The translations under genes were made by a program, and so were the position numbers. This document shows, one piece after another, positions 9,240 through 18,761 of a stretch of DNA of 64,000 nucleotides. Under the pieces are notes generated by a model. The model had not been told where the DNA came from. It worked only from the letters and a program-made list of their open reading frames with translations, and made no database searches. Position 1 is the stretch's first letter; every line of letters starts with the position of its first letter. Source of the DNA: Rubrobacterales bacterium (GTDB taxonomy: Bacteria; Actinomycetota; Rubrobacteria; Rubrobacterales; Rubrobacteraceae); contig JBBPZZ010000107.1 in the NCBI GenBank assembly GCA_038198445.1, forward strand, positions 2,399 to 66,398, given 5' to 3'.

Positions 9240-11714
9240 ATGGGAGGGGTACACGTGACGGAGCTTTTCGAGAAGAGTCCCGAGACCGGGGGAGACTACG
9301 AGCCGCTCGGCGCGGCGGAGCTGCTGGACCACGACGACCGGGGAGTAAGGCTGAAGGCCGGCTCGACCACCGTCGAGGTCTCCGCGCTCGCGCCGGATCT
9401 GTTCCGGGTCGGGGCGTTTCCAGAGGGCCGGACGGCGCGCTACGATTCCGAGGCAATAGCGAAGGGTGAGTGGGAGCCGGTCGAGGTCTCGATGTCGGAG
9501 TCGGAGGCAGAGATCACGCTCTCCACCCCGGATGCGACGGCGCACATAGCCCTGAACCCCCTTCGCATCCGCTTTACCGATGCGGAGGGCCGCGAGTTCG
9601 CGGCCGACGACCCGGACCTCGGCATGGGCTTCGTGGCGGGCCGCAAGCAGAGCGTCATCACCACTCCGCTCGGAGACCCCGCGCGGCTGTACAAGAAGCG
9701 TCAAGAAGGTGAACGGTACTTCGGCTGCGGAGAACGCACGAGCGGCCTGGAGAAGACCGGTTCCTACCAGGTCTTCTGGAACGTGGACCCGCCGGCGGGA
9801 CACACCGCCACGTTCGAGAACCTCTACACCTCCATCCCCTTCACCCTCTCGATGGTCGCCGGAGAAGCCCACGGCCTGTTCTTCGACAACACGCACCGGG
9901 TCGAGTTCGACCTGGCGAAAGAGGCTGCGGGCCGCGCCTACTATGGCGCCGAGGGCGGGGACATCGTCTACTACGTCTTCGCCGGCCCGACACCCCGCGA
10001 GGTACTCGACCGCTACACCGAGCTAACCGGCCGCACCCCAATGCCGCCGATGTGGTCTCTCGGAAACCAGCAGTGCCGGTGGAGCTATGAGACTGACGAA
10101 GAGGTGCGAGAGCTTGCCCGTCAGTTCCGGGAGCGGGACATACCGTGCGATGTGATCTTCCTGGACATCGACTACATGGACGGATACCGCGTCTTCACCT
10201 GGGACAAGGACCGTTTCCCCGACCCCGAGAAGCTCATCTCCGACCTCCGCGAGCAGGGCTTCCGCGTCGTGACCATCGTGGACCCCGGCGTGAAGACCGA
10301 CGAAGACTACCCGGTCTACGTCGAGGGCCGGGCGCGCGACCTGTACTGCAAGACCCAGGAGGGCGAGGAGTTCCACAACATCGTCTGGCCGGGGATGTGC
10401 GCCTTCCCGGACTTCACGAACCCCGAGACGCGCGAGTGGTGGGGCGAGAACCACACGGCGCTCACCGAGGCGGGAGTCGCGGGGATCTGGAACGACATGA
10501 ACGAGCCGTCGCTCTTCGTACCGCAGCAGTCCACGATGCCGGGGGACGTGGTGCATCCTGGCGGCGGCGACCCGAAGTGGCACGCCCAGATCCACAATAC
10601 CTACGGCTCCCTGATGGCCCGCGCCACCCGCGAGGGTCTGCTGAAGCTAAACCCGCACGAGCGCCCGTTCGTAATCACGCGCGCCGGATACGCCGGCCTG
10701 CAGCGGCACGCGATGCAGTGGACGGGCGACAACTCCGCGTGGTGGGAGCACCTGTGGATGAGCATGCCGCAACTCCAGAACCTCGGCCTCTCCGGGGTGG
10801 GTTGGGCCGGCGTGGACATCGGCGGCTTCTTCGACGACTCGAACGGCGAGCTGTTGGCGCGCTTCACCGAGTTCGGCGTCTTCCAGCCGTTCTGTAGGAA
10901 CCACTCGGCGAAGGGGACCATCAGCCAGGAACCGTGGTCCTTCGGGGAGCCCTACGAGTCCGTGTGCCGGGAGATGATCAAGCTCCGGATGCGGCTCCTC
11001 CCTTACCTCTACACCGTCTTCGAGGAATGCCACCGAACCGGCGCCCCGATCCTGCGTCCCCTGCTCTTCGAGTACCCCGGCGACGAGACGACCTACACGG
11101 CGGACGATGAGTTCCTGTTCGGCGGCGATCTGCTCGTCGCCCCGATCACGCGTCCCGGCATCGAGCACCGCCACGTCTACCTGCCCAAAGGAACGTGGTT
11201 TCACTACTGGACGGGCGAGCGCTTCGACGGCCCGGCGCACATACTCGCACACGCCCCGCTCGGCCAACCGCCGCTGTACGTCAAGGCCAACAAAGCCGTT
11301 CCGATGGGACCGGCGTTCAGCCACACGGACAAGAAAGCGGATCTCCTAACTCTCCTCCTGTATCCAGCGGAAGGTACAGGCGAGTCCACGCTGTACGAGG
11401 ACGCGGGCAACGGCTTCGGATATCAGAGCGGCGAGTACGCCCGGCGGACCATCGCCTGCGAGGTTATGGGCGGCGGCATCACGGTTCGCATCGGGGAGCG
11501 CGAGGGTTCCTTCGTGCCGGAGCGCAAATCGGTCCACCTGGAGCTACGGCAGGTAAACACCCGTCCCGAGAACGTGCTGGTGAATGGCGAGGAGGCCGAC
11601 TGGGACTATGAGGAGTCCGGCGGGAGCATCACGGTGCGGCTGGCGGAGACGGCTGACGAAGTCTCGGTGGAGGTGCGTGTTCCCGTCCCGGACCTCGATC
11701 CCTCCTCGCGGTAG
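9240..11714 (+). CDS. glycoside hydrolase family 31 alpha-glucosidase
   Basis: 824 aa with the GH31 nucleophile motif GIWNDMNEPS. An alternative GTG start at 9255 has a GGAGG SD. Confidence 0.9.
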   Translation: MGGVHVTELFEKSPETGGDYEPLGAAELLDHDDRGVRLKAGSTTVEVSALAPDLFRVGAFPEGRTARYDSEAIAKGEWEPVEVSMSESEAEITLSTPDATAHIALNPLRIRFTDAEGREFAADDPDLGMGFVAGRKQSVITTPLGDPARLYKKRQEGERYFGCGERTSGLEKTGSYQVFWNVDPPAGHTATFENLYTSIPFTLSMVAGEAHGLFFDNTHRVEFDLAKEAAGRAYYGAEGGDIVYYVFAGPTPREVLDRYTELTGRTPMPPMWSLGNQQCRWSYETDEEVRELARQFRERDIPCDVIFLDIDYMDGYRVFTWDKDRFPDPEKLISDLREQGFRVVTIVDPGVKTDEDYPVYVEGRARDLYCKTQEGEEFHNIVWPGMCAFPDFTNPETREWWGENHTALTEAGVAGIWNDMNEPSLFVPQQSTMPGDVVHPGGGDPKWHAQIHNTYGSLMARATREGLLKLNPHERPFVITRAGYAGLQRHAMQWTGDNSAWWEHLWMSMPQLQNLGLSGVGWAGVDIGGFFDDSNGELLARFTEFGVFQPFCRNHSAKGTISQEPWSFGEPYESVCREMIKLRMRLLPYLYTVFEECHRTGAPILRPLLFEYPGDETTYTADDEFLFGGDLLVAPITRPGIEHRHVYLPKGTWFHYWTGERFDGPAHILAHAPLGQPPLYVKANKAVPMGPAFSHTDKKADLLTLLLYPAEGTGESTLYEDAGNGFGYQSGEYARRTIACEVMGGGITVRIGEREGSFVPERKSVHLELRQVNTRPENVLVNGEEADWDYEESGGSITVRLAETADEVSVEVRVPVPDLDPSSR

Positions 11715-11724
11715 GAGCAACCGT

Positions 11725-11766
11725 GGAGAGTGGTCTACGGTCGCGCTGCGCCGTAGACCACTCTCC
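11725..11766. terminator. 16-bp perfect hairpin between convergent GH31 and HAD genes
   Basis: ggagagtggtctacgg-(10 nt)-ccgtagaccactctcc. It overlaps the last codons and the stop of the HAD gene. Confidence 0.5.
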
Positions 11767-12394
11767 GCAGGTTCGGGTCGGTAAAGTCTTCCGCCACCAC
11801 GAACGCGCTCGCCGCGCGCAGCGTCTTTGGCTGTTGGGTCGAGGCGATACCGATGGTCGGGATACCGGCCCCGACCGCTGACGAGATACCGGAGGGCGAG
11901 TCCTCGAAGGCGAGCGCGTCTTCGGGCGCGATGCCGAGCCTCTCGATGGCCGTACGGTAGGGCGCCGGGTCCGGCTTTCCGATGCCCACCTCGTCGGTGA
12001 CGATTACCGGGTCGAAAGCGTCGTGCAGACCCAGGGCGGCGAGAATGGCGAGGACGTTGGCCTTCGGGGCGTTGGTGACGAGTGAGATCCTCAAACCCCG
12101 CTCCCTGGCCGTCCCCACAAAGTCCACCAGGCCGGGGAGGGGTTCGAGGTCCACGGCGCGCTCCCGGAAGTCTTCCTCTTTCGCGTCGGCGATGGCCTGT
12201 ATCTCCTCGGCACTCAGGCCCGGCACGAGGTCTTTGGCGATCTTCGCGTTGCTCCGGCCGCTGATCCTCTCCCGGTAAAGCTCCTCGTCCACCTCGATGC
12301 CGTGCGGCTTCAACACGGTCGCCCACGTCGGCAGGTGCAGCGAGTCGGTGTCGGCGAGAGTGCCGTCGAGGTCAAAGAGAAGAGCTTGGTACAA
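11735..12394 (-). CDS. HAD-IA family hydrolase (beta-phosphoglucomutase-like)
   Basis: 219 aa with the N-terminal motif LFDLDGTLADT and a later GKPDP motif. Confidence 0.85.
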   Translation of the reverse strand: MYQALLFDLDGTLADTDSLHLPTWATVLKPHGIEVDEELYRERISGRSNAKIAKDLVPGLSAEEIQAIADAKEEDFRERAVDLEPLPGLVDFVGTARERGLRISLVTNAPKANVLAILAALGLHDAFDPVIVTDEVGIGKPDPAPYRTAIERLGIAPEDALAFEDSPSGISSAVGAGIPTIGIASTQQPKTLRAASAFVVAEDFTDPNLRRVVYGAARP

Positions 12395-12398
12395 GCTA

Positions 12399-12737
12399 CT
12401 ACCCGTAGTAGAGGACCATGTTCAAGGCGCGGGTGACGATGAGCAGCGCCCCGATATACAGGAGTATAAACAGGTGGCCGCGCTCCCGGCCCTTCCGCAG
12501 CGGGCTCGTCTTGTACTCGGCCATCCCGAGCAAGATGCCGACCGCGCAGAGACCCCAGATCCAGTAGAAGAGGAAGTACCGCGCCGTGTTGCCGGGGTCC
12601 GGGTTGAGCGACGCCCACCCAAACGCCGCCGTCACGAAGGAAGCGAGCGAGACCGAGAGCGTGAACAGCACCTTGTTCGCCCGGCTCCGGCGCCTCCACG
12701 CGAGCCAGCCGGTAACGGCTTTAGAGATGGCTTTCAT
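12399..12737 (-). CDS. small hypothetical membrane protein (about 3 TM segments)
   Basis: 112-aa version starting at the ATG at 12737. The upstream part of the 246-aa ORF is Arg-rich antisense of ybaK. I recognise no family. Confidence 0.5.
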   Translation of the reverse strand: MKAISKAVTGWLAWRRRSRANKVLFTLSVSLASFVTAAFGWASLNPDPGNTARYFLFYWIWGLCAVGILLGMAEYKTSPLRKGRERGHLFILLYIGALLIVTRALNMVLYYG

Positions 12738-12787
12738 GGGACCAATATTAGCAGCCGGAACCCGGCCCGCCGGTGAAAGTTCCCAGT

Positions 12788-13267
12788 TCATTTCAACGGG
12801 ATCACCACCCCACCCGTCACCTCCACCAGTTCGCCAGGATGAAGCCCGAAAACGACGTGCGTATGTCCCGCCGCGGCCCAGACCTCTTCCTGCCTCGCGA
12901 GGTCTTCGTCGACGAAAGTAACCGGCGCCTGCGCGTGTCCGATGGGCGGCACGCCGCCTATTGCGTACCCGGTCTTGTCGCGCACGAAAGCGGCGTCGGC
13001 CTTCGCCACCGGCTCGGAGACGAGTTCGGATATCCTTTCCTCGTTCACGCGGTTCGGACCGCTGGCGAGGACCAGTATGGATCTCCCGGTATCCTCTCCT
13101 CTGAAGACGAGCGACTTGACGATCTGCTCCACCCCGCAACCGAGCGCTTCCGCGGCATCGACCGCGCTCCGGGCGGTCCGTTCCAACTCCACCACCTCCA
13201 CCCGGACACCTCGCTCTTCCAGCGCCTCGCGCACCCTCCTTACACTGGCCCTATCCGCGTAAGCCAT
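12788..13267 (-). CDS. YbaK/EbsC-type aminoacyl-tRNA editing (deacylase) domain protein
   Basis: YbaK-like sequence (KSLVF, GYAIGGVPPIGH). The ATG at 13267 has a GGAAGG SD. The maximal ORF extends to 13300. Confidence 0.8.
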   Translation of the reverse strand: MAYADRASVRRVREALEERGVRVEVVELERTARSAVDAAEALGCGVEQIVKSLVFRGEDTGRSILVLASGPNRVNEERISELVSEPVAKADAAFVRDKTGYAIGGVPPIGHAQAPVTFVDEDLARQEEVWAAAGHTHVVFGLHPGELVEVTGGVVIPLK

Positions 13268-13329
13268 CCCCTGACCTTCCAGTCTCAAACACCCGAGCAT
13301 TGTAGTACCGGGGCGTTAGAATAACCGCC

Positions 13330-14457
13330 GTGCGCCGACTCCTAGCCCTCACCTGCGCGATAGTCCTCGTCGATACGATCTTCTACGCCGCGCTCGTCCC
13401 GTTGGTTCCTTATTTCAGCGACGAGTTCGGACTCTCCAAGTCGACCGTCGGTATTCTGAGCGGGGCGTTCGGAGCGGGTGTGCTGATCGGCGCGGCGCCA
13501 GGAGGTTTCCTGGCGTCCCGCATCGGCGTGAAGGTAACGGCCCTGGCCGGGCTGGCGCTAATGTCCGCAACCAGCCTCGCTTTTGGCCTCGTGGATACGG
13601 CGCCTTTGCTGGTGCTGGTTCGGTTCGCCGGGGGGTTCGGAAGCGCGCTCTCGTGGGTCGCGGCTTTCACGTGGCTCGTGCGGCGGGCGCCGGAAGAGCG
13701 GCGGGGAGAGTTGATCGGGTTGATGTTGAGCGCCGCCGTCTTCGGGGCGCTGCTCGGGCCGGTACTCGGAAGCGTCGCGGCGGTTGTGGGCATCTTGCCC
13801 GCTTTCGCATCCGTCGCGGCGGCGGGGGTTGGCATCTCGATCTGGGCCGCTCTAGAGCCGGAGCCGGCGCTCGTGCAGCGGCAGTCGCTCTTCGGGGCGC
13901 TACGAAGCGTTTGGAGACCGCAGCTTCTGACCGGGCTCTGGTTCATCGCGCTCTCGCCCCTGATCTTCTCCGCCCTCGCCGTCCTTGTCCCTCTGGAGTT
14001 GAATAGCTTCGGATGGGGCGCGGCGGCCGTCGGGGCGGTCTTTCTAACGAGCGCCGCCTTCGAGGCCACGGTCCATCCCCTGCTCGGACGCTGGGCCGAC
14101 CGCAGCGGCTACCGGCCGCCGATCCTGGCCGGCCTACTGGCCTCGATAGCCATCCTCATCGCCCTTACCATCGCCGCAAACCCCTGGCTGCTGGCGCTGC
14201 TCGTCGTACTCGCCGCGGGAGCTTTCAACGCAACCCTCGTCCCCGGCACGGCGCTCTTCTCCCGCGGGACGGAGAAGATCGGCATGGATCAAGCGATAGC
14301 TTTCGCCATGGCCAACTTCGCCTGGGCGATGGGGTACGCAGTGGGCGCCCCTCTAGGCGGCGCTCTGGCCGACCTGCACGGCGATGCTCTCTCGTATGTC
14401 GTACTGATGTCGGCATGTCTGCTGACGCTGTTGCTAATCCGGCGAGGGCCAGGTTAA
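13330..14457 (+). CDS. MFS transporter
   Basis: 375 aa with a GTG start and about 12 hydrophobic segments. Confidence 0.8.
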   Translation: MRRLLALTCAIVLVDTIFYAALVPLVPYFSDEFGLSKSTVGILSGAFGAGVLIGAAPGGFLASRIGVKVTALAGLALMSATSLAFGLVDTAPLLVLVRFAGGFGSALSWVAAFTWLVRRAPEERRGELIGLMLSAAVFGALLGPVLGSVAAVVGILPAFASVAAAGVGISIWAALEPEPALVQRQSLFGALRSVWRPQLLTGLWFIALSPLIFSALAVLVPLELNSFGWGAAAVGAVFLTSAAFEATVHPLLGRWADRSGYRPPILAGLLASIAILIALTIAANPWLLALLVVLAAGAFNATLVPGTALFSRGTEKIGMDQAIAFAMANFAWAMGYAVGAPLGGALADLHGDALSYVVLMSACLLTLLLIRRGPG

Positions 14458-14532
14458 AGGCTTCAGGTATGATGGTCAGGTATTGAGAACTGGTTGGCGT
14501 CAATCGAATATTTCGACTGAATAGGGGATGCT

Positions 14533-15642
14533 TTGGATGTAAAGGCGGCGGTGGCGTTTGGGGCGGGCGAGCCCCTGAAGATAGAGACGGTGCAGCTTGA
14601 GGGACCGAAGGCCGGGGAGGTGCTCGTGGAGATCAAATCGACCGGCGTCTGCCACACGGATGAGTACACCCGCAGCGGCGCCGATCCCGAAGGACTTTTC
14701 CCTTCGGTATTGGGACACGAGGGCGCCGGAATCGTCGTAGAAGTCGGGCCGGGCGTGACGAGCGTCGCGGAGGGAGATCACATCATCCCACTCTATACGC
14801 CAGAGTGCCGCGAATGTGAATACTGCCTGAACCCGAAGACGAACCTCTGCCAGGCGATCCGCACTACTCAAGGGCAGGGCCTGATGCCCGACGGCACCAG
14901 CCGCCTCTCCCTGAACGGAGACCCACTCTACCACTACATGGGTACCTCGACCTTCGCCGAGTACAGCGTCGTACCGGAGATAGCGCTGGCGAAGATCCGG
15001 GAGGACGCACCGTTCGAGAAGGTCTGCTACATCGGCTGTGGCGTGACCACCGGCGTCGGGGCGGTCGTGAATACCGCGAAGGTCGAACCGGGCTCGAACG
15101 TCGTGGTCTTCGGTCTCGGTGGCATCGGGTTGAACGTGGTGCAGGGCGCGAGGATGGCCGGGGCGGACAAGATCGTGGGCGTGGACCTCAACCCCGCGCG
15201 CAAGGAACTCGCCGAGAAGTTCGGGATGACCCACTTCATCAACCCGAAGGAAAGCGAGGGCGACCTCGTCCCGTACCTCGTGGACCTTACCGGCGGCGGG
15301 GCTGACTACAGCTTCGAGTGCATCGGGAACGTGGACGTGATGCGTCAGGCTCTGGAGTGCTGCCACAAGGGCTGGGGCGTCTCGGTCATCATCGGGGTGG
15401 CGGGATCGGGGGAGGAGATCTCCACCCGGCCGTTCCAACTCGTCACGGGCCGTAGCTGGCGGGGCAGCGCCTTCGGCGGGGCGCGCGGCCGGACAGACGT
15501 GCCGAAGATAGTTGACTGGTACATGGACGGCAAGCTCAACATAGACGACCTCATAACCCACACCATGCCCCTGGAGGACATAAACACCGCCTTCGACCTG
15601 ATGCACCGGGGCGAGTCCATCCGCAGCGTCATCAACTTCTAG
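14533..15642 (+). CDS. frmA: class III alcohol dehydrogenase / S-(hydroxymethyl)thiol dehydrogenase
   Basis: 369 aa with a TTG start after an AGGGG SD. Carries GVCHTDEY and GHEGAGIV zinc-ligand motifs typical of class III ADH. Confidence 0.9.
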   Translation: MDVKAAVAFGAGEPLKIETVQLEGPKAGEVLVEIKSTGVCHTDEYTRSGADPEGLFPSVLGHEGAGIVVEVGPGVTSVAEGDHIIPLYTPECRECEYCLNPKTNLCQAIRTTQGQGLMPDGTSRLSLNGDPLYHYMGTSTFAEYSVVPEIALAKIREDAPFEKVCYIGCGVTTGVGAVVNTAKVEPGSNVVVFGLGGIGLNVVQGARMAGADKIVGVDLNPARKELAEKFGMTHFINPKESEGDLVPYLVDLTGGGADYSFECIGNVDVMRQALECCHKGWGVSVIIGVAGSGEEISTRPFQLVTGRSWRGSAFGGARGRTDVPKIVDWYMDGKLNIDDLITHTMPLEDINTAFDLMHRGESIRSVINF

Positions 15643-15651
15643 GGAGAAGCT

Positions 15652-16515
15652 TTGTCGAAAGAAATCACCACCCAGAGCGAACACGCCTGCTTCGGCGGCA
15701 CTACGAGCTTCCACGAGCACCCCTCGGAGACCTGTGACGCCCCGATGCGCTTCGCCGTCTACACACCGCCGCAAGCTACCGAGCGACCGGTCCCGGTCCT
15801 CTACTACCTCGCGGGTCTGACCTCTACCGAAGAGAACTTCATGACGAAGAGTGGCGCGCAGCGGTACGCCGCCGAACATGGCCTGATGCTCGTCGCCCCG
15901 GACACCAGCCCGCGCGGCGTCGGGATACCCGGTGAGGACGATGACTGGGACTTCGGCTCCGGCGCGGGCTTCTACGTAGACGCGACCGCCGAGCCCTGGT
16001 CGCGACACTACAGGATGTACAGCTACGTGACGGCGGAGCTGCCAGCCATAGTGCAAGAGCACTTCCCCGCTCGTCCCGGTGCGCGAGGCATCTTCGGCCA
16101 TTCTATGGGAGGTCACGGCGCGCTGACTATCGCCCTGAAGAACCCGGATCTCTACAAGAGCGTCTCCGCCTTCGCGCCCATAGCCGCGCCGATGCGCGCG
16201 CCCTGGGGCAAGAAGGCATTCTCGGGCTATCTAGGACCCGAAAAGGAAGAGTGGCGCGAGCACGACGCGAGCAAGCTAGTCCGCGAACATCCTTTCTCAG
16301 ACCAACGCACCATACTCGTGGACCAGGGAACAGGCGATCAATTTCTGGAGGAGCAACTCTATCCGGAAGTCTTCGAGAGGGCCTGCGCCGAAGCCGGACA
16401 ATCCCTGACCCTCCGCCGGCACGAGGGCTACGACCACGGCTACTACTTTATCTCAACGTTCATGGAGGACCACATCAAGCACCATGCGGAGGCGCTCGGA
16501 GAATCCGTCGCATAA
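15652..16515 (+). CDS. frmB: S-formylglutathione hydrolase / esterase D family
   Basis: 287 aa with a TTG start and the serine-hydrolase motif GHSMGGHGAL. Lies directly downstream of frmA. Confidence 0.9.
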   Translation: MSKEITTQSEHACFGGTTSFHEHPSETCDAPMRFAVYTPPQATERPVPVLYYLAGLTSTEENFMTKSGAQRYAAEHGLMLVAPDTSPRGVGIPGEDDDWDFGSGAGFYVDATAEPWSRHYRMYSYVTAELPAIVQEHFPARPGARGIFGHSMGGHGALTIALKNPDLYKSVSAFAPIAAPMRAPWGKKAFSGYLGPEKEEWREHDASKLVREHPFSDQRTILVDQGTGDQFLEEQLYPEVFERACAEAGQSLTLRRHEGYDHGYYFISTFMEDHIKHHAEALGESVA

Positions 16516-16557
16516 ACGGGACTTGCGGTGAGGCTAAATCCTCACCGCAAGTCCCGT
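16516..16557. terminator. 18-bp perfect hairpin, bidirectional terminator between frmB and the glcG-like gene
   Basis: acgggacttgcggtgagg-(6 nt)-cctcaccgcaagtcccgt, located between two convergent stops. Confidence 0.7.
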
Positions 16558-16576
16558 CCGGTAGCCGAATACCAGT

Positions 16577-16996
16577 CTAGAAAGCCGCTGCTCCGGCCTC
16601 GGCTACCTCCTGGTCCTGCTCCACGGTGCCGGTGGAGACCCCGATGGCCCCGACGATGACGCCGTCGCGAACCAGCGGGATGCCGCCGGGGAACACAACC
16701 AGCCGGCCGCCGTGAGAGTCGCTCAGGCCGAAGATCGGTCCATCCGGACGGGTCGGTTCCTGCAGATTCTTCGTCTCCTGCTGGAAGGCGATGGCGGTGT
16801 AAGCCTTGTTGATGGAGATCGTTATGCTCCCGACGAACGCCCCGTCCATCCTGACGTGGGACTTGAGGTTGCCGCCGGCGTCGGTGACGGCTATGTCCAT
16901 CGGACAGCCGATCTCCTGGGCCTTTTTCTCGGCCGCCTCGATCACCCTCTTCGCGTCCTCCAGCGAGATAGTCTCCGCGGTCTTTGCGTCTGCCAT
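16577..16996 (-). CDS. GlcG/HbpS-like (DUF336) heme-binding/degrading family protein
   Basis: 139 aa with DUF336-like sequence (AVTDAGGNL, GGIPL..DG..VGAIGVSG-like) and a GGAAAGGAG SD. Confidence 0.8.
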   Translation of the reverse strand: MADAKTAETISLEDAKRVIEAAEKKAQEIGCPMDIAVTDAGGNLKSHVRMDGAFVGSITISINKAYTAIAFQQETKNLQEPTRPDGPIFGLSDSHGGRLVVFPGGIPLVRDGVIVGAIGVSTGTVEQDQEVAEAGAAAF

Positions 16997-17033
16997 AATG
17001 GTTCTCCTTTCCCGTTGTTTTCGCTTCCCTGTC

Positions 17034-18663
17034 CTACGAACCGTTGCGGCGCGACCAGTGCTCTTCGTTCACCTCCGTTTCGGCCAGTTCGAAGGTTGTG
17101 GCGTAGCCGACGAAGTTCACGTGTTTGTTTACGGCGTACAGTGCCTGTGGGTAGACCAGGAACACCGAGAGCGCCTCATCGTAGACGAAGCGGTCGATCT
17201 CGGCCGACAGCTCGCCCTGACGCCCGGCGTCCACTTCCACGGCGAACTGGCCCAATAGCTCCTCGAATTTCTCGACCGGCGGTCCTATGCGGAACGGACC
17301 CGTCGAACTGTAAAGCTCGCCGTGCATGAACGCGGCCGGGGCGTCGGATGTCAGATCGATCCAGGCGAACAACAGCACGTCGAACGGCAGCGGCAGCACC
17401 TTCTCGACCAGCTTGTGCTGGGCGGCGAGCGCCTCCTCGGCCGGGATTACCGTAACTTCCACCCCTATGCCCAGACCATCGCGCAGGTCTCCGGCGAGCA
17501 TGTTCGCTATGGGCTCGGTATCCGGGAAGGTCGCGAGCCGCAAGGCCCGTCCCTTGGGCCAGCCGGCCTCGGCGAGCAACCGCCTGGCCTCTTCGGGGTC
17601 GTGCGGATAGGGCTCCAGGCCCGAAAGGCCGCCCGTGGCGTAGGGCGGAGTCACGCCCGATGCTGGATAGGCGTAGCCGCCAAATCCCTCGCGGACCATA
17701 CGGTCGCGGTCCACGGCCATGTTGAGCGCCCTGCGGGTGCGCGCGTCGTCCAGAGGCGCGTCCTCGACGCCACGGTTCACGAGGCCCAGGAGCACGCGCA
17801 TCGCGTCGATGGCGTGCAGGCGGGCGTGCTCGCTGCCCTCTACCCGTCCGACGTCCGCCGGGGAGATCTCGGTGACGATATCTACCTCGCCCTCGGTGTC
17901 GCACACGAGGTCCAGGCCCTTGGAAGGTGAGATGTCGTTGTGAAAGACGACCCTCTCCAGGCGCGGGCCACGCTCTTTGTTCCAGTGGTCGGTGTTGGCG
18001 GTTAGCACGACCTTATCCGTGCGGTCCTGCTTGGTGTCGAGCCATGTGCAGGCTAGAGGTTCGGCGCTCATGATGGCGATCTCGTTGTACAGAGAGGAGT
18101 AGCCCTCGGTGAGGGTGAAAGGACCGGTGCCCCACGGGCCCGGAGCGTCGATCACTCACCAGTGTCCCTCGCCTCTTCCGAGCTTCCTGTAACCGAAGCC
18201 CTCCTCTTCCCAGAAGCGCGTGCTCGGGATATGCATCCCCCGCATCTTGCCCAGGACGAGCCCGTCCGGCGCGGGGAAGTCGATCCGCAGCTTGTATTCG
18301 TCGAGGATCTCGACCCGCGTGTCCTGGTGTATGTTGAGGTTCGACCCCGGCGGGTGTGGAGCCCTCCACCGCTGCATCTCCTCGAAGGCGCGCTTGACGT
18401 TGTGCGCGGTGCATTTCTTCCCCGTCCTGAAACCGGATGCCGCGCCGCACGTCTATCTCCAGCGTCTTATCGTCCGTCCAACGCGAGTCTTCCATTACCG
18501 CCCCGACCATGTGGCCCCGCTCGTCGGTGCGTACGGGCTCCTCCATCGTGTTCCACGTAATGTACAACCAGTTCAGCGGATGCGGGTCCACGACGTGAAC
18601 CGTACCCACGGGGGTATGCCCCTCCTGCCCGGCGGCAGCCTGCGGGGAGACTTGACTGGTCAT
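17034..18663 (-). pseudogene. family-5 (peptide/nickel type) ABC solute-binding protein, disrupted
   Basis: Three collinear pieces all read as SBP_bac_5. A 1-nt frame break lies near 18409-18412 (GIRFQDGEEM | TAHNVKRAFEEM). An in-frame TGA lies at 18156-18158 (GEGHW*VIDAPGPWGTGPF). There is no signal peptide and no permease or ATPase neighbour. Confidence 0.75.
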
Positions 18664-18761
18664 GCTTCTCCTTTTTCCTTATCCCTTGTGTCTCCAGAAT
18701 GCTACCAGAGCCGGCGCCCCGCGCAAGCACCCGTGGGGACGCTCATCGTGGTGGCGGACTT

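Noticed and set aside
12738-13139. N-terminal 134 residues of the 246-aa ORF 12399-13139
   Set aside because: This part is Arg-rich low-complexity sequence that fully overlaps the YbaK-like gene on the same strand in another frame. I kept only the hydrophobic 112-aa C-terminal part, starting at the ATG at 12737.
14500-16116. 538-aa minus-strand ORF covering frmA and frmB
   Set aside because: It is antisense to two genes with unmistakable family motifs. The translation is Arg/Gly/Ala-rich with no recognisable domain, a typical high-GC shadow ORF.
18156-18158. In-frame TGA in the solute-binding protein gene as a selenocysteine or read-through codon
   Set aside because: I could not fold a convincing SECIS-like hairpin downstream. 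SBPs are not selenoproteins. The same gene also carries a frameshift and lacks a signal peptide, so pseudogenisation is the simpler explanation.
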